From NCBI GenBank assembly GCA_043228905.1, contig JBHGNT010000010.1, positions 2,170,001 to 2,234,000 on the forward strand: a stretch of 64,000 bases of DNA. Direction: 5' to 3'. Every line of letters begins with the position of its first letter. Positions within the stretch are counted from its first letter, which is position 1. This stretch comes from Azolla caroliniana. Its lineage: Eukaryota; Plantae; Polypodiophyta. Below, piece by piece: positions 1 through 14,200 of this stretch. Both the position numbers and the translations under genes were made by a program. The notes under the pieces were generated by a model. It had not been told where the DNA came from. It did not search any database and was given only the letters and a program-made list of their open reading frames with translations.

Positions 1-1549
1 TTAATCTGGTTTTTTAATTTCAAAATCTTAACAATTAACAAATGTGTCTATGTTTTTTGGTGTGGATATAATTGTGTCTGTCATGCAACTTTTGATTTCG
101 TTTCTAGTAGATTTTCTCATTTCTTTCAACACCTCTTTAAGTGTATCTTCTCGGGCATTGTGTTTCGTTTTTCATGTGGTATATAATGTTAGTTCTTTTT
201 CTTTCTTTTTTGTTCCAAAATGAAGCTACTTTCCCATTAGTTAGGAAGGATTATTACAAAGAGACTGTACAAGGAGGCTTATACATAGAACGGGGAATCT
301 CCCTCCGATCAGGTTCAAGAAAAGGAGACTAGTTACATCGCCTTTCGGACTGACTACTTAATGTAAGTACCTATAGCTAAAAACGGTGCCCTTCAGTGAT
401 GGCTAGTACGAGACACCTCCTGGGGTCGACATCGAATCTTGGCATTGCATATGGTGATGTTGGTCAAATTCAATAAGCATAAATTTCTTCACAATGTATT
501 GTAGATTTAAAAAGAAAACTAGATGTTTTTATGTCAAGTTTTGGGGTTTTTGTTTCATATATATGCCATGAAAAAATATCCACCAAGATTCTTGGAGCAA
601 CACGACAACATGACAAGGCTTTTACAAAATATCATCCTTTGTGACTCTTCTCATTATGATTGTAAAAGTTCATTTATCATGTGAGACATCAAAAGATTTT
701 GTGTGTTACGATCTAGTGACTTTAGAGAAGCAAAATTTGATTTGATCATACGTTACAACAATCTTCAATCCTAATAAAAAGTTATAAATATCTTTTTAAT
801 ATTGCAATGTCAAAAGGGTCATGGTTACTATCACTTGAAAAGGATCATGGGTACAAACATGGGACTAGTGGAATCAAGGGATTCCAATGAAGATTTATTA
901 ACATATATATGTCCTTCAATGCTTTAACCATTTGATCCAATTTACAATAATACATAAGTGGCTAATTATTTGTAACTCTTGTTTTTCTTAATGAGAGTGA
1001 GGTTTTGACATGGATTGTGTATCTCTTTCTATCATGTATTCAAAAGGAGTATGTTCTCTAGAATAGTATGAAACCATAATAACACATGTAGATATATGTA
1101 GGGTATAAGAGAATAAACAAGTGTAAAAGATGGAAAAAACAACGCTTAGATTCTAGATCATACGATAAGGGAAATGATCACCATCCACAAAGTGCCAACT
1201 CTTGGCTATCCACATTCATCCTCCACATTGAAAGTATATGATTCTCAAACATAATGCATAAAAAATTGACAAAAATGTTTATACCACCTATATTGAGCTC
1301 TACGACTCTGTATGTGTGGATGAAGATGGCTAAGGATTCATGTCATCATCACTATTTCTAGCTTTGTGTTCATAAGGAATTATTTTGCTCCATAATATAT
1401 TATCATGATGTTGCCCTTAAGTAATATGGATTAAGCTCAAGTTGATGAGTATCAATCTAAACAAGTGTCAATGATATCTTTACATTTGAAGAGTGTTAAT
1501 TGTTGGTTGTTGTAGTCCTAGTGCATAAACACATGGACAAATCCACCAC

Positions 1550-3600
1550 TCATCACTTGACAGACTTTTGAGTTGTTTTTTTAAGAATCAAAATGTGTTT
1601 CCCAACGTCACTATCATGGCCCCATAATTGTTTTGGAGCATGTATTGTGCTTTTTGAATTTAAAATAAAAATCATTGGTGGCAATTTTGATTGGCCTATT
1701 CCAACAATTGGCATGTTCTTAGATAGGGTTTTTGCATGGTTATTGGTTTCCAATGAAGTGATTTGAAATAAATATCCCCTTCTCCTTTAGTAGCTATAAT
1801 CAAGCTGACTGTAGGTTCAATGATATGTTTTTGGGCTTGCTCAAAAAGGCAATGCCACTAGGTTACATAGTCAATGTTTTCTTAGTGAAAGATAGATTCG
1901 TTTTCATAAAGATATCAAGCTATTCATACGGTTTGCTTTAGCCTCTATAATGAAGGAGATTGCATAACTTTTTGAGCACTTTTGTTTGGAAGTCAATTGT
2001 CAAATGGCCAAACTTTTAGAGACTTGCTTACGAACCTTAAATGACCCAAATGTACGATCTATCGGGACTTTTGGAGGTGTCAATTCTTATGGACCACTTC
2101 GCAATCGTGAGAAAGGCTCTAGTATCCTCTATCATTGGACTCTTGATACATTTGAATCACAACGATTATTTCAATACTAATTGGATGGAATAAAAAGCTT
2201 GGGGCTATGCACGATTCGATGTGATTTGGTGTGCAAGATTCGGTGTTTTAAGCATGCAACGAGTTTGGCAAAAAAATGAGTTAAAACAAAACTTTGGAAC
2301 AAACTTTGAAATGAACAATTTGAATGGAATATGCTTGAATGATTACATAAATTACCTGATTATGACATACCTAGTTATCTCGAGAACATGGCAATGCAAA
2401 GGGTTACAATTTGAGATGAAACTATCAATACCAAATCTGGTGGAGGGATTTTGAATCCAAGGAGAAACCTAAACATCTAGAGTAGGGTTTGGGAAATAGT
2501 TATTAATTCCCTTTTTGTTTAGAACATCATGCTAATTAAAACTCTTATCTATTTATGTAGTTCATGTCCCTTAACTAATTGAGATAATGAATCAGTGGAA
2601 GAGTTATGAATTGAACTCAGATAGGCCAATCAAGAATCATATCCTTGGGATATAATTAATATTCAAATATACACAAAACATCAAACATGCTACATTGTTA
2701 CAATAGGGAAGTCCAATGGAAGAGCTCCAAATCAAACTATGATGGCTCAATTGGGATGAATTTCTAGAGGATATAATGAAGGGTTGGAGTCACAATGCTA
2801 GTCTAATTTGGGAAATGACTTTATTTGCCTATATTTGATCACTTAAGTGGATCATTAGGGTCTAAGTAAGAATATTATATACCAATATATGTATGCAATG
2901 GTGGAGGAAACACTTGCAACTATCTTCAATAAATAGGAACTCATGTATTGGCTTTCGTGCACATACGTTATTTCAAACAAATTTTTATTGCCTCCAGTGA
3001 ACTTTAGAAAAGACACAACTTGTATGACTATGAATTGGCACACTTCCTTTTCGTAACATAACACATTGTTCCACAAGTTAAGTAGACCAAGTATACTCCT
3101 TTATCCATAAGTGATTGGTTGGGCTGATTTGTAGAGCAAATGGATTCTCAATTGGAGCCTTAGTTTGAGACTAGTCTTCCATTGAAACATGTTATGCATA
3201 CAGGAATGGATTTTCTTATATATGCTATGAGTCAAAACATCGTCTTAACAATTGCTTTATTTGGAACCATTTCATGTGAAAGTATTCCCTCAAGGTATTC
3301 AATCTTGTAGATCATCAAATGGATGGTTCAACTAGGGAAGATGTTTGTCACCTTTATAAACATATCAATGACAGTAGAATTCCTTGCCATTTATTGTGGC
3401 TTATCCATATAAATACAAGTTTTTGTACTTTGGTTAAGTTTTCAAGTGGGTTTGTTAGCCCTTCGTAGAATTTGGGAAACTTTTGCAATTTCCATAATTT
3501 GATTGCAATGCAAGCTTAGCCATTTTTATATCATAATTATGCTTCTTACATTTAGATTTTAATCTTTAAGTTTTAAGATAGATTTTGTTGGATAATATGT
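1550..3600. mobile_element. Highly degenerate LTR-retrotransposon pol fragments (probably Gypsy)
   Basis: Only faint, stop-ridden resemblances to integrase and RT/RNase H motifs (e.g. 'FGGVNSYGPL' near 2070 on +, 'KIEYL' near 3295 on -); no intact ORF. Confidence 0.3.
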
Positions 3601-4104
3601 GCTTGTTTGTGGTCCTAAGTAGTTTCTTATATACAACTATATCCAGTGGATTCCCATAATGTTCAGTGTACATGGGCATAAATGAGGTATTAAACGATAC
3701 ATTAGAAGGGACACTGACACATGATAAATGACACAAAGATTGCAAACAAAAATGATTGACCTATAAGCTCAACGATGACGCCATGGCCTTGATTGAGCCT
3801 GTCCCTAATTAATGTGTTGTAGGAGGGTTCCTACCATATTATAACCCATTGTGATTATTCCAAGACTTCAATTGTTATAGTGCTAGATTGTGGTCCTCTA
3901 TGCATGGAAATAAAAACAAAAGTGCTACTGAAGTGGCGAGATGAGATTGGTTTGGACCCAAAGTGTGGTCCTTATAGTGGGTGAAAATATTAAAAAGAAG
4001 GCACATGGATTTGTTTATTTGAATATGTGATAATGATTCTATGCACAATGTGTCACCGTGATTATCATATGGCAAAGTAAACAAAAATGAAAATGTAGTG
4101 TGTA

Positions 4105-4113
<9 letters not shown>

Positions 4114-4140
<27 letters not shown>

Positions 4141-4175
4141 TGTATGTATGTATGTATGTATGTATGTATGTATGT
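4114..4175 (+). repeat. (TATG)n microsatellite
   Basis: Direct tandem tatg repeat. Confidence 0.95.
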
Positions 4176-4476
4176 ACACATAGCATTTGTGTGGTCCAGC
4201 TCATGTGGTTGTTCAAGATTTATACTCTAATAAACTAATGTGCATCACACATTTAAGCTTGGACTAATAATTTAAACACATAACATTGAATGTCGCTATC
4301 AACGTACCATCCTTTGATTCCATTACATTTCTAATCTTCTTCAATTTCAGACAACATAATGACACACTATCGATATCAAGTATCATGCTCTATTGTTGTT
4401 CTAGTTTCAACATTTTTTTAATTCCACTTATGAACAACTTAATTGCTTTGTTGTGTTTAAATGTTAAGCGGAATCG

Positions 4477-4508
<32 letters not shown>

Positions 4509-4699
4509 TTTTCTTTACCAATAGATTTGATTATTGGTGGGAAACCTCAAACTGAGGTGGAAACCCACAAGGAATATTTGCATGTCATTTAAGAATCATT
4601 CAAAAATATATGGCATGAAACATAACACACATATGAGGATGGTGTGAGAGAAAACCTAAATAACCAATATGGATCATAAGTTGATTTGTGTAAGACTCT

Positions 4700-5150
4700 G
4701 CTCATTACGAATAGTCTAGAGGTTCCGTAGAGCCCATCACGTATTAGAGAAGGCCCCCTAGTAAAAAGGGAAAGATCAAGGAACTTTGAAAATTGATGAG
4801 AAAGGAAACACTACTCTAGACCATGGGTAATTTGTTGCAAGAAAAGTACTATATGAGGACAAGTCCAAAGTAGATGGAGAATGGTTTCATTTGCTTGTCC
4901 ACATCTCGAACAAGTGGCCAAAAAACATTTCCACCATTGTAGCAACATACACATGTGTAGGTGAGGTAGTAAACATTGCCAAAGAAATAGCCGCTCATTA
5001 AGAGGCAATGAAACCTTCCATGTCTACCATACTAATCACTTTTTCACATGCCATGCATCATTATCAAACCATGGTTTATCATTATACCTTTGCTTGGTGA
5101 TTCAAAGTATTCTCTCCTCGCCATGGGCTTAGTAGTCTCATCCTCTATGT
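4700..5150 (-). mobile_element. LINE 3' relic (zf-RVT domain)
   Basis: ORF 4811..5008(-) contains 'CSRCGQANETILHLLWTCP', the C-x2-C...H...C zf-RVT motif of plant L1-type LINEs. Confidence 0.7.
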
Positions 5151-5849
5151 TGTATTAGTCTCTGAAGGATATCAAAATCTATTTATCGACCTTTATGGAT
5201 GGAATCTTACCTCAATTAAAATGTAAGACCACATCTAGTAGGCATGGTGTATTTATTGGCAAGCTGGCTTACCTCGTGTTGTATGTTTTAGCAAATCAAT
5301 TCAAGTCAATTGGGTTGCATTACTTAATTCAATATAATTAGAACGAAACATAATTGTAAGATAATGACAGATTAAGTATTAACATGCAAAGAAATTTCAA
5401 GTGGGTTAGAAAAGTAGGCACATAACCTTGTGTGATGTTGTATTTATCCGCAAACCAAACCAATAAGGTAAGGACCTAGATGATGTCATTACATCGTGTC
5501 CTTTGCATAGAATGTAGGCACATTAGCTAGTGGAGGAATGGTGTATTTTGTGGTAGTATAGCTCAACTCGACTCAATGGGATTTTGCTACTTGCATTCAA
5601 TATCATAAGAATCTAAATGAGACCATTGCATTATTGCAAGCACCTAATGAACATGGTCAAGCGCATAAAGCACACAAAAGGGCTATGAAGGGACAAAGCA
5701 TGAGAGAAACAAAGAGGTGGGACGGGGGCTTTTCGAAATATTCATGTCTCTTAACTTCTTAACAAGTATGCGGAAATGACACGTGGATGTAGATATATTT
5801 TTTGTAGTCGACATATTTTAATCAATCAATGTCGAATCTATCTATCTAT

Positions 5850-5966
5850 ATATCTCTCTCTCTTCTAAAACACACTCACACACACACAAGTAAACACGCG
5901 TGCACACACGCACACACACATGGCACCTAAACACACATACACACACACACACGTGCAATTGTTTTG

Positions 5967-6005
<39 letters not shown>

Positions 6006-6200
6006 GGTGTTGTTTCTAGACCTTTGAGGACATCACATAAAGACAAACATACACATACCAACCCCTTTGTCTTTGTCTTTCACACATACGAGCATACATG
6101 CACATATCGATCATACATACATATATACACAAACACTCCTCTTCATCTTTGTCTTTCTCTCTCTCTCTCTCACACACACGCACATTACACACGCTCGCGT
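5850..6200 (+). repeat. Compound (CA)n/(CT)n microsatellite cluster
   Basis: Runs of ct and ca dinucleotides. Confidence 0.9.
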
Positions 6201-6969
6201 GCAAAGTACGGAGAGGTTCACACGTAAGAGGAGAGATGCATGCCCACCTCCCGAGCCAGCCAGAGAATGTTAAAAGAAAAGCCAAGAAGCCAAAAGGCCA
6301 AGGAGGAAAGTGAGATGGGACCACATTTTATCTTTTTACGGTGTCCTCTTCTTTATTAATACTTATGCTTTCTAAACACAAAAGAACAAAGAGATTGGTT
6401 GAGTGGAGGACAAACGTCTGGCCCCACCGCCCGAGAAAATGGGACCAAAAAGCTCACACCACAAAGCGATATTCGTCCACGTCGTGTGAAACCAAAAATC
6501 CGCCTCCAAAAATAGAAGGGAAAAAGCGAGGGGCATTTGATCGTAAATATTGAAAACGCTCCAGATATTTTCGAAATCTCATACGATGCCCCTCGCCATA
6601 GTTAATAGTTAATTTAATTAATGGGTTATAAATAAATAGTTATTGATGGATTAATTAATTTCCCATAAATTTGTTTTACTTTAGCATTATGAAACCAATT
6701 TAGAAAGGGGGGGGGGGGGGGGGGGGGGGGTGAAATAAATTATTAATTTCTGTAAATAACAAAATTAATTAATTATTGATGATTTAATTCTCTTTTTTAT
6801 TTTGCTTCTCCGTGTATCCACATAAAATCAAATTAGAATGGGGGGGGGGGAAGAATAAATAAAAATATTAATATAGAAATAAAAAAATTCTATTAATTAA
6901 TAAAATTTTGCGTTTCATTCTATTTCTTCTCTTTGCTTTGCGTTCTATTTTCCTTTCATTTTTGAGAGT

Positions 6970-8826
6970 ATGGAGGCGGCGCCGATTCGCGAGCTCCGCT
7001 GCAGCCAGCGGCGCGCCGCCGTTTCCGCCGCCGTTTCCGCCGGCGCCGCCCCGTTTCCGCACCTCCGCATCCGCGAGTACCGGAAAGAAACGGACATTGA
7101 GCAAGTGCAGGAGCTCGAAAGGAGCTGTGCAGATTACATCCCTAACCCTAACCCTAACCCTAACCCTAATCCTAGTTTCAGCCCCACCAGCAACCGCCCT
7201 AACCCTAATTTCACCCCCAGCCTCAACCCTAACCCTACCCTCAATCCTAGCTTTAGCCCTGCTAGCAATCCTATTATCTCCAGTTCTAATCCTAATCCTA
7301 GTTCCAACCCTAACCCTTCTGACAGCCTCTTCCTATTGGCTACCTCTCCCCTCGGAGACCCCCTCGCCCGAGTCTGCACTTACCCTCGTTTCTGCATGAT
7401 GGTGATTCTTCTTGTTCTAACTTAATTGTTCGATTTTTCATCGGGTTTTCAAGATTGTCAGGGGGGGCCTGACAACATCTTGAATTGTCATCTGTTTGTG
7501 ATTACTTACCATTTTTGTGCAAATTTGAAAATCCGCAGGTAGCGGAAGCTAATTATAGCCATGATAATAACCAGTCTACAATCGTGGGCATCGTCAGAGC
7601 CGGCCTAAAGGAGGTAATCCGGAACGATCATGATTGTTGTGGGAACCATTCCTTCTCTGATGACAAGAACGACTCGTACATAACTATGGCCTACATCTCT
7701 GGTTTGCGAGTGGCCCATGGCTACAGGTAATGGATTACCCCCCCCCCCCCCCCCCGCTCTTAATTAACCTACCGGAGAGATGATTTAATGCTAATCAATG
7801 CATTGCTCTCTGCAATCAATCTATGCTAAATTTGATAGTGACTGATGATGATTTGACTGTGACCTAATAATGGATTTTGGCAGACGCGTCGGGGTAGCGC
7901 AGAGATTGATGAGAGAGATCGAAGCATGGTGCGAGATGAGAGGGGCAGAGTATAGTTATCTGGCGACAGAGAACGAGAACGAAGCATCGGTGAATCTGTT
8001 CACGCGGAAGCTAAACTACAGGAAGTTCAGGACGCCGTCGATACTAGTGCAGCCAGTTACATATAAGCAGGCTAAGGACATGGGATGTGGGGCTAGGGTT
8101 AGGGTTAGGGTTAGGGTTAGGGTAGTGAAGATTAGTGCCAGGGAAGCAGAGGCACTGTACAGAGGTGAGATGGGAGGGAAGGAGTTCTTCCCGAGAGACA
8201 TCGACGCCATCTTGAGGAGCCCATTGAATGCTGGCACATGGCTTGCTTACTGCAGAAGAAGCAGCAGAAGGAATCATGGCGATGGTGACCACAAATCCAA
8301 GAAGCAGAAGAAGCAGGGCAGTTATGGTGATGGTGATGGTGATGTTCTAGGTCTGTTGAGGAGCCATGGATCCTTGACTAGGAGCTGGGCTATGCTTAGC
8401 CTATGGCGCTACGACAAACTCATTCGCTTCGAAATGAAAGCTCCGTGTTGTGCTGCCGCCGCCACGTCCTCGAGCAAGCCCAGGAGACTGGCCAATCCGG
8501 AGCCGCCATGTGGCCCCGACCATTCCCCGGACGGCTTCGGAGTCCAGCTCGTCTACGGCGTCCACGTGGCGGGCCGCGATCACGACCGCAAAACCTTGCT
8601 CGACCGTCTGTGGCGGGAGGCCCACAACTCGGCCGTGTCCGAGGGCTCCAAAGCCCTGGTCGTAGAGACGGGTGGCCAGGACCCCATCCGCTCCTCGCTT
8701 CCACACTTGTCCGAGCACCACGACCTCTGGTGCCTCAAGCGCCTCGGCCCAAGCCCAACATTGGCCGACCCGTGGACATCCTCACCCCCACCTTGCTCAT
8801 TCTTCCTAGACCCCCGCGATTTCTAA
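6970..8826 (+). CDS. HOOKLESS1 (HLS1)-like GNAT N-acetyltransferase, 3 exons
   Basis: Exons 6970-7401, 7539-7726, 7884-8826, with GT-AG introns that keep the frame. Family motifs: 'IREY...DIEQVQELERSC', 'LGDPLARV', 'M|VAE', 'AYISGLRVAHGYR|RVGVA', 'GAEYSYLATENENEASVNLFT', 'FRTPSILVQPV', 'EFFPRDIDAIL', 'DLWCLKRL' and C-terminal 'FLDPRDF'. Confidence 0.92.
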
Positions 8827-9986
8827 ACTCCGGGGGAGGCGTGTGTGTCCCCTGCTTTTGTGCCTTCGGTACACATCATCCCGAGCTTCTTTTTGACCCA
8901 AGCTTCCGTCATTTGTACATCCACACCAAAGGTATATATTTGTGTATACTTAAGTCCCTGTGGTCCTCCTCCCGTCCCTTTCTCACATGCGGTGGTTTGA
9001 TAATTGGCAAAATCATAGCTCCCAACTCGCGAATTCTTCCTCTCGTCGGGGATTCCGAACATGGAGTCTCTCCACCTCCCTCGACCTACAATATCGATTG
9101 TTGTGTCTACATGTCATGTGTACATCCCATACCTAATGCATCTTTTATGTGTACATGCCCCCAAGGTACTCGTGTGCCAACAACAATCTCAATCTCATAA
9201 CTGTAAGATCGGATTGTCCATTGTCCTGAAGAGTTAATAATTTGAATCAACTTGTTTATTAATGTAAAAAAGAACTTGGCTCAGGACTTGGCCACATGGA
9301 AATGTGTTATATGCATTACAATGTACATTCATACACTTACATGAGAACAACGAATTTAAGGATGGATGCATTGACACACTGGACACATTGTTTGGTATGA
9401 TAATGCTTCATTGTGGAATCCCATTGCAATTTTGAAAAAAGCTTGTTTAGGTGAGCGTCTATCCCTATCATCCTCACATTTCACATGGCAAAAATTGGCA
9501 TTGCAATGATCAAATTTGAGTCATAGACTCATTATACTATTGGGATAAAAAAATCAATTGGTGCATTAACTTAGGAAGTTCTTTCCATGGCATGCTGAAT
9601 ATGACTCATCATATTATTAGTACCAATGAATCTATTGGTGCTTTCCTTCGGAAGTTCTGTCACTTGCACTCTCAACATGTGATGTTCGAAAAGAAAAACT
9701 ATACAAGCAAAATAGGTAGTTCTTGTTTGAAGCCACTTCCTTTTTGTCTCTCCACACACACACACACACACGTGCGATGTTCGAAAAGAAAAACTATACA
9801 AACAAAATAGGTGGTTAAGATGGCAAGTTAAAAAACCCACCAAAGTATAAATCAAATGGTGCTTTCCTTTTTTATCCCTCACCCACATGTTTAGCTCGGA
9901 AGACAAACAAAACTAGTAAACCTAGTCATGGTTTATTATGGAATCTCTCTTTCTCTACCTACATGATACACAATGTAGAATGAATT

Positions 9987-10200
9987 GATGTCAGGTTTGA
10001 AAGCGAAAGCTGTACAAACATGAGGGGTTAAGGTCCATTTTGTTTATTGAATGAGAAAAAGGATACCGACCAATGTCACCCCAAAGCTAGTGATGTCGGG
10101 TTTGAAAGCAAAAGCCATACAAACATGGGGGCTTAAGGTCCATTTTGTTTCGCGAGTGACAAAAAGGCCACCGACCAATAACACTCCAAAGCTACTTTTG
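9987..10200 (+). repeat. Imperfect two-copy tandem duplication (~105 bp unit)
   Basis: 'tgatgtc(a/g)ggtttgaaagc..aaagc..tacaaacatg.gggg.ttaaggtccattttgttt' at ~9987 and ~10091. Confidence 0.8.
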
Positions 10201-11949
10201 AATCAAGGGCTTACCCTATGCATCATGGAATAACTCATGATTAAATCCTATAAATTCATTTCACTATTATGTCTCCTCAATCTCCATCATCTCCATATGT
10301 ACTAATTGGATTATTTGAAAGCTTTTGAGTTGTGAGGCTTCTATCCAACTATGCCATTTTATTTTCATTGTCGTCCTTATGTGTAGCCATTCCTATTCTA
10401 ACCATGAGTTGAATTAACAGTGAGCTAACCATGAGTTGGTTGTTGATTGTTCTTGCCAATCATTATATATAGAAAATGAAAAGACAAAGTAGATAGAGAA
10501 GAATAATATGCACACTTGGTTTTCAAAATAGAGAGAGGAAGACCCATACAACAAAACACAAAGAGATAACATTAAAATGCAAGTGGACAACAATTTTATA
10601 AGAAATCTCAATTGCATTTTGATGTCTTATTCGACCCATTGAAATGTCCATTGGAAGCGACCAAGAATCGAGAATCAAGTTATTCAATTAATATAAACAA
10701 TGCTTCTTGCAATCTCAATAAATGAATATTCATGCATTGACCATTTCGACTAAGGTTTCCTCTATGGTGAATGCAACACTCTATCAAGCTTTAGCAGAAA
10801 ACATTTCAAGGCATCAATTTGTAATATTCATTTTTTCCCATGTAACTCGAACACCGATATTCTCAATGCACCATCCTAATATACCATGAATCCATCATAC
10901 CCCAAGATAGATATCTTTTTAATGTCCACGGGAAATCAGTCATAATCAATAAGATGGGTGAAGTTCTTTGCAAATGCCGAATTTGGGTTCTCTCAATTTT
11001 ATGATCCCATGGGTTTTACTCCAGAATTGAATAATCCACGTGATTAGAGATGGCCATACCCACTTTAGAAGAGAGGGAGGGAGCATCAATATGGAATGAA
11101 CATAAATCATAAAAACCAATTTGCATATTGAAGGGGTGACATTAAACTTCTGTGAACGAAAACTTAATACAAAACCCATTTTTAAAAAAAGAAATTTTTC
11201 CATAGAACATTTGTAATCAAAGACCATATTATTTTATTTCTCTATGCAAGTTATGTTCATGTGCGTAAATACTTTATTACTGTAAACATAGACAAAATGT
11301 CATTTTCAATGGCAACCATAATACACAATGTTTATTCCGTTGTCAAGATATAATAAATGTCACATTCTCAACAATCAACAAATTGTGTACAATCAATTTT
11401 ATTAGCAACATAATTTAACTTTTATGATTAAATAGAACAATAACTATATGTAGCACATCTATTACTAGAGACTTAGAAGTTAGGAGACCTCTAGGAACAC
11501 ATCCCTCCTTCACTCGACACATACATACACACAACAAAGATAAACCCCAGAAAAAAACAAGTTAAAAAAAACGTGAAAAGGGAAAAGGGGAAATCAGAAA
11601 TAGGGAAAGGGAACATATGAACATAGAAAGCACGTTAAGGTTTATGCCACAAAAGGTAGGAACTTGAACAAACTCTCCTCACCCGAAATATTAACAATAA
11701 GTCTAGGTTATCAAATTAGGTTGTAAGGATCATAGACAAATTATTGAAGAAATCGGGGAGAACAAATACTACAAAAGAAAGAAGAAATAAACGATCCGAT
11801 GCAACAAGTGTATAGAAATATAGTGGAGGATCAAACATAGAGAGAGAGAGAGAGAGAACACTGCCTCACATCATATTCTTCATCGATTTATTCTTGTCAA
11901 ACCAATGAGTGTTTGAATCTATTGTTTCGGAGAAGGATATAAGACGCTA

Positions 11950-14200
11950 CATTTCTACATCTTTTGATATTGGCTTTACATAAATACAAAAAAGTACCTC
12001 TTAACTTTGTTTATCTTTGAAGGAACAAGGGAAGGAAAATTTTGACAGTATATCTTGGAATGTCTACATCTCCAAGATTGATCCGAGAATTTTTTGTTTT
12101 CTCTCTTATTGCGTAAGAATTGCTTTTATCTTGTTTTGATATTACATCATGTATAGAGGAGATGAACATAGAAAAGAATGATGCAAAAGAATGTCTTGAT
12201 GAGGATGTGCATGAAATGGAAGTCAATGCTAAGGTAGTTTTGTGATCTTTCGACATATTCTAAGATAATGTAGTTAATTGTGAATTGTAACCAACATGTA
12301 TAAAGTTCATCTGGAACCAACCTGCTAGTAGTAGAATATGTTTGAGCTACCACCCCACTCGTTTTTCTATCATTACAATTTACTACCAAGAAGGTAGTGT
12401 TGATCAACAAGTTTATGTTTTAGTCTACCATCAATTATATGTTCACTACCCCGAAACAATGAGGTTGGACCCACATTGTTACCAATCCTCTTCGTGAACT
12501 TATAGGTGCTCAACCATCTTGGTTGTTTTCATGTCATAAATATCTTTAAAAGATACCAAAAACTTATATATACTACAATCTACCATAATGATCATGTTCT
12601 CGCAAAAGTTATAAGGAGATTTGAACCCTTGACCTCCATCATAAATATTAAAGTTTTGACCAACAAGTTAATATTTACAACTAATAATAACTATTATAAC
12701 AAATGGAGCTGGCAAATCATCATGGGGCTCATCACATGATCAACTCTGGGCATTGCCATTTGTCATTGGTTGTCTTCTCCACGATTCAAAGGATCATTAA
12801 CCAATCAAGAGTTTCTATTCCCCTCCCTCCAAAAAGCATAAAGTTATCTAATGCATTTAAAAAAATATTAGCGCAAATCAATGAAGTCATACATTTGTTG
12901 TTGACGTGTAAAAAAAATTGTCGGTACAGAACCTTGCGATATGAGATAGATATAGAACCAAACCTTTTAAAAAAAAATCTATATTGTGGTGTTACCATGA
13001 TCGACCTAATTGACCTACATTTGTGCCACCTTTAGTAGCTTCCTGAAGATTAGCAAGCACACCAAACTTAGTTCGCAGTCAAACCAACCCAAACAAGTAT
13101 CTCTATATGAGCTATAAATTAAGCATGAAGGAATAAACGAGACAGACAATTTCCGATCCTCTCTATGTGCATAAATATACGCTTTTTTGCAATTTCGAAG
13201 CAAAAATCGAGAAAAAAAGTATGGAAAATAAAAAACATGTAAAAAATATGCGCCTCAAAAAAAGGGGAGGGGACAAAAAAGAAAAAACATGTAAAAATTA
13301 GATGCCTCTTTCTCTATAAAGAAAAGGGAAGAAAAAGGAAAGAGGCCTTATTTCAGAATCCCTCATTTTGTAGTTAGGGAGTGTACCATTAGGATTTTTT
13401 GTTTCCTCTTCTTCACTTCTTAGTTCTTCTTTCTTCTTCTTCTTATCAACATACTTGAGGTTTTTGGGGATGTTACCTCTTCTTCGTGAGTATTTAGGGT
13501 TCATCATCATCTTCTCAAGACTTGTACCATTGTTTACCTTGAATCCTACGTTAATGTTATCATCTTTCATTCACGTTGACTACTTCGTTCACAATGACTC
13601 CTAAGCTTCATTTGTGTTGTCGCATACATTCACGTTGATTCCATTGTTCATGTCAACTCCTTTGTTCGTGCCATCCGCTATGTTCACATTATTGCCTATG
13701 TTCGTGTTGTTGCCACGCAAGGAGAAAAACGAAGGGGTCAAAAGAATATTCTCACTTGGCGAACATTCTCCTTGGTGCAGGTCCCCATGGTCCTGCTTGA
13801 GTAGCACACATACTCATGTTTTTACGCAACACTAATGCATCATCACCAATAGCATGTTAGCATGAAACTCATGTAGTGATTGTGTATAGATGTGAGGTGG
13901 CAAAAATGCATATGTCCTATCTCTACCCTGATAGGTGGCTCCACCCTAATGGAGATTGATATTGGATGCCATCGAGGGCCCTTGATGGAAGCTAAAAGCT
14001 ATGATGCCTAGCAAATCATCTATGTCTATATTGTAGTGGCTCAAGAAGAAAACAATCAATTGTCCTCATCAGCCTAGACTTCAAGCTAACTTAGTGCTAG
14101 TGGTGAGCTTGATCCCGATTCGCCAATGATATCTAGCATCCTCATTGTGTTGCACCATCAAATAGGTTTGAAGTTCTTCGCCAACAACATGAACTATCCA
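11950..14200 (-). mobile_element. Possible decayed hAT transposase (BED / dimerisation domain remnants)
   Basis: Minus-strand fragments 'VVAQTYSTTS' and 'INLGDVDIP' resemble the hAT C-terminal dimerisation region; there is a weak BED-finger-like stretch near 14150. Many stops. Confidence 0.3.

Noticed and set aside
3875-6553. ORFs with HTYI, SLSL and HTHT repeats
   Set aside because: Translations of microsatellites with no domain signal.
7140-7316. Possible true telomere or chromosome fusion site
   Set aside because: Short, in-frame within a coding exon, and of hexamer type; better explained as an exonic SSR.
6908-7399. 163-aa hydrophobic ORF (LTLTL...) overlapping HLS1 exon 1, and the antisense GLGL ORF
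   Set aside because: Alternative frames of the CCCTAA repeat; the HLS1 frame carries the conserved motifs and splice phase.
8403-9200. 265-aa overlapping ORF
   Set aside because: Shadow ORF of a GC-rich exon with no recognisable domain.
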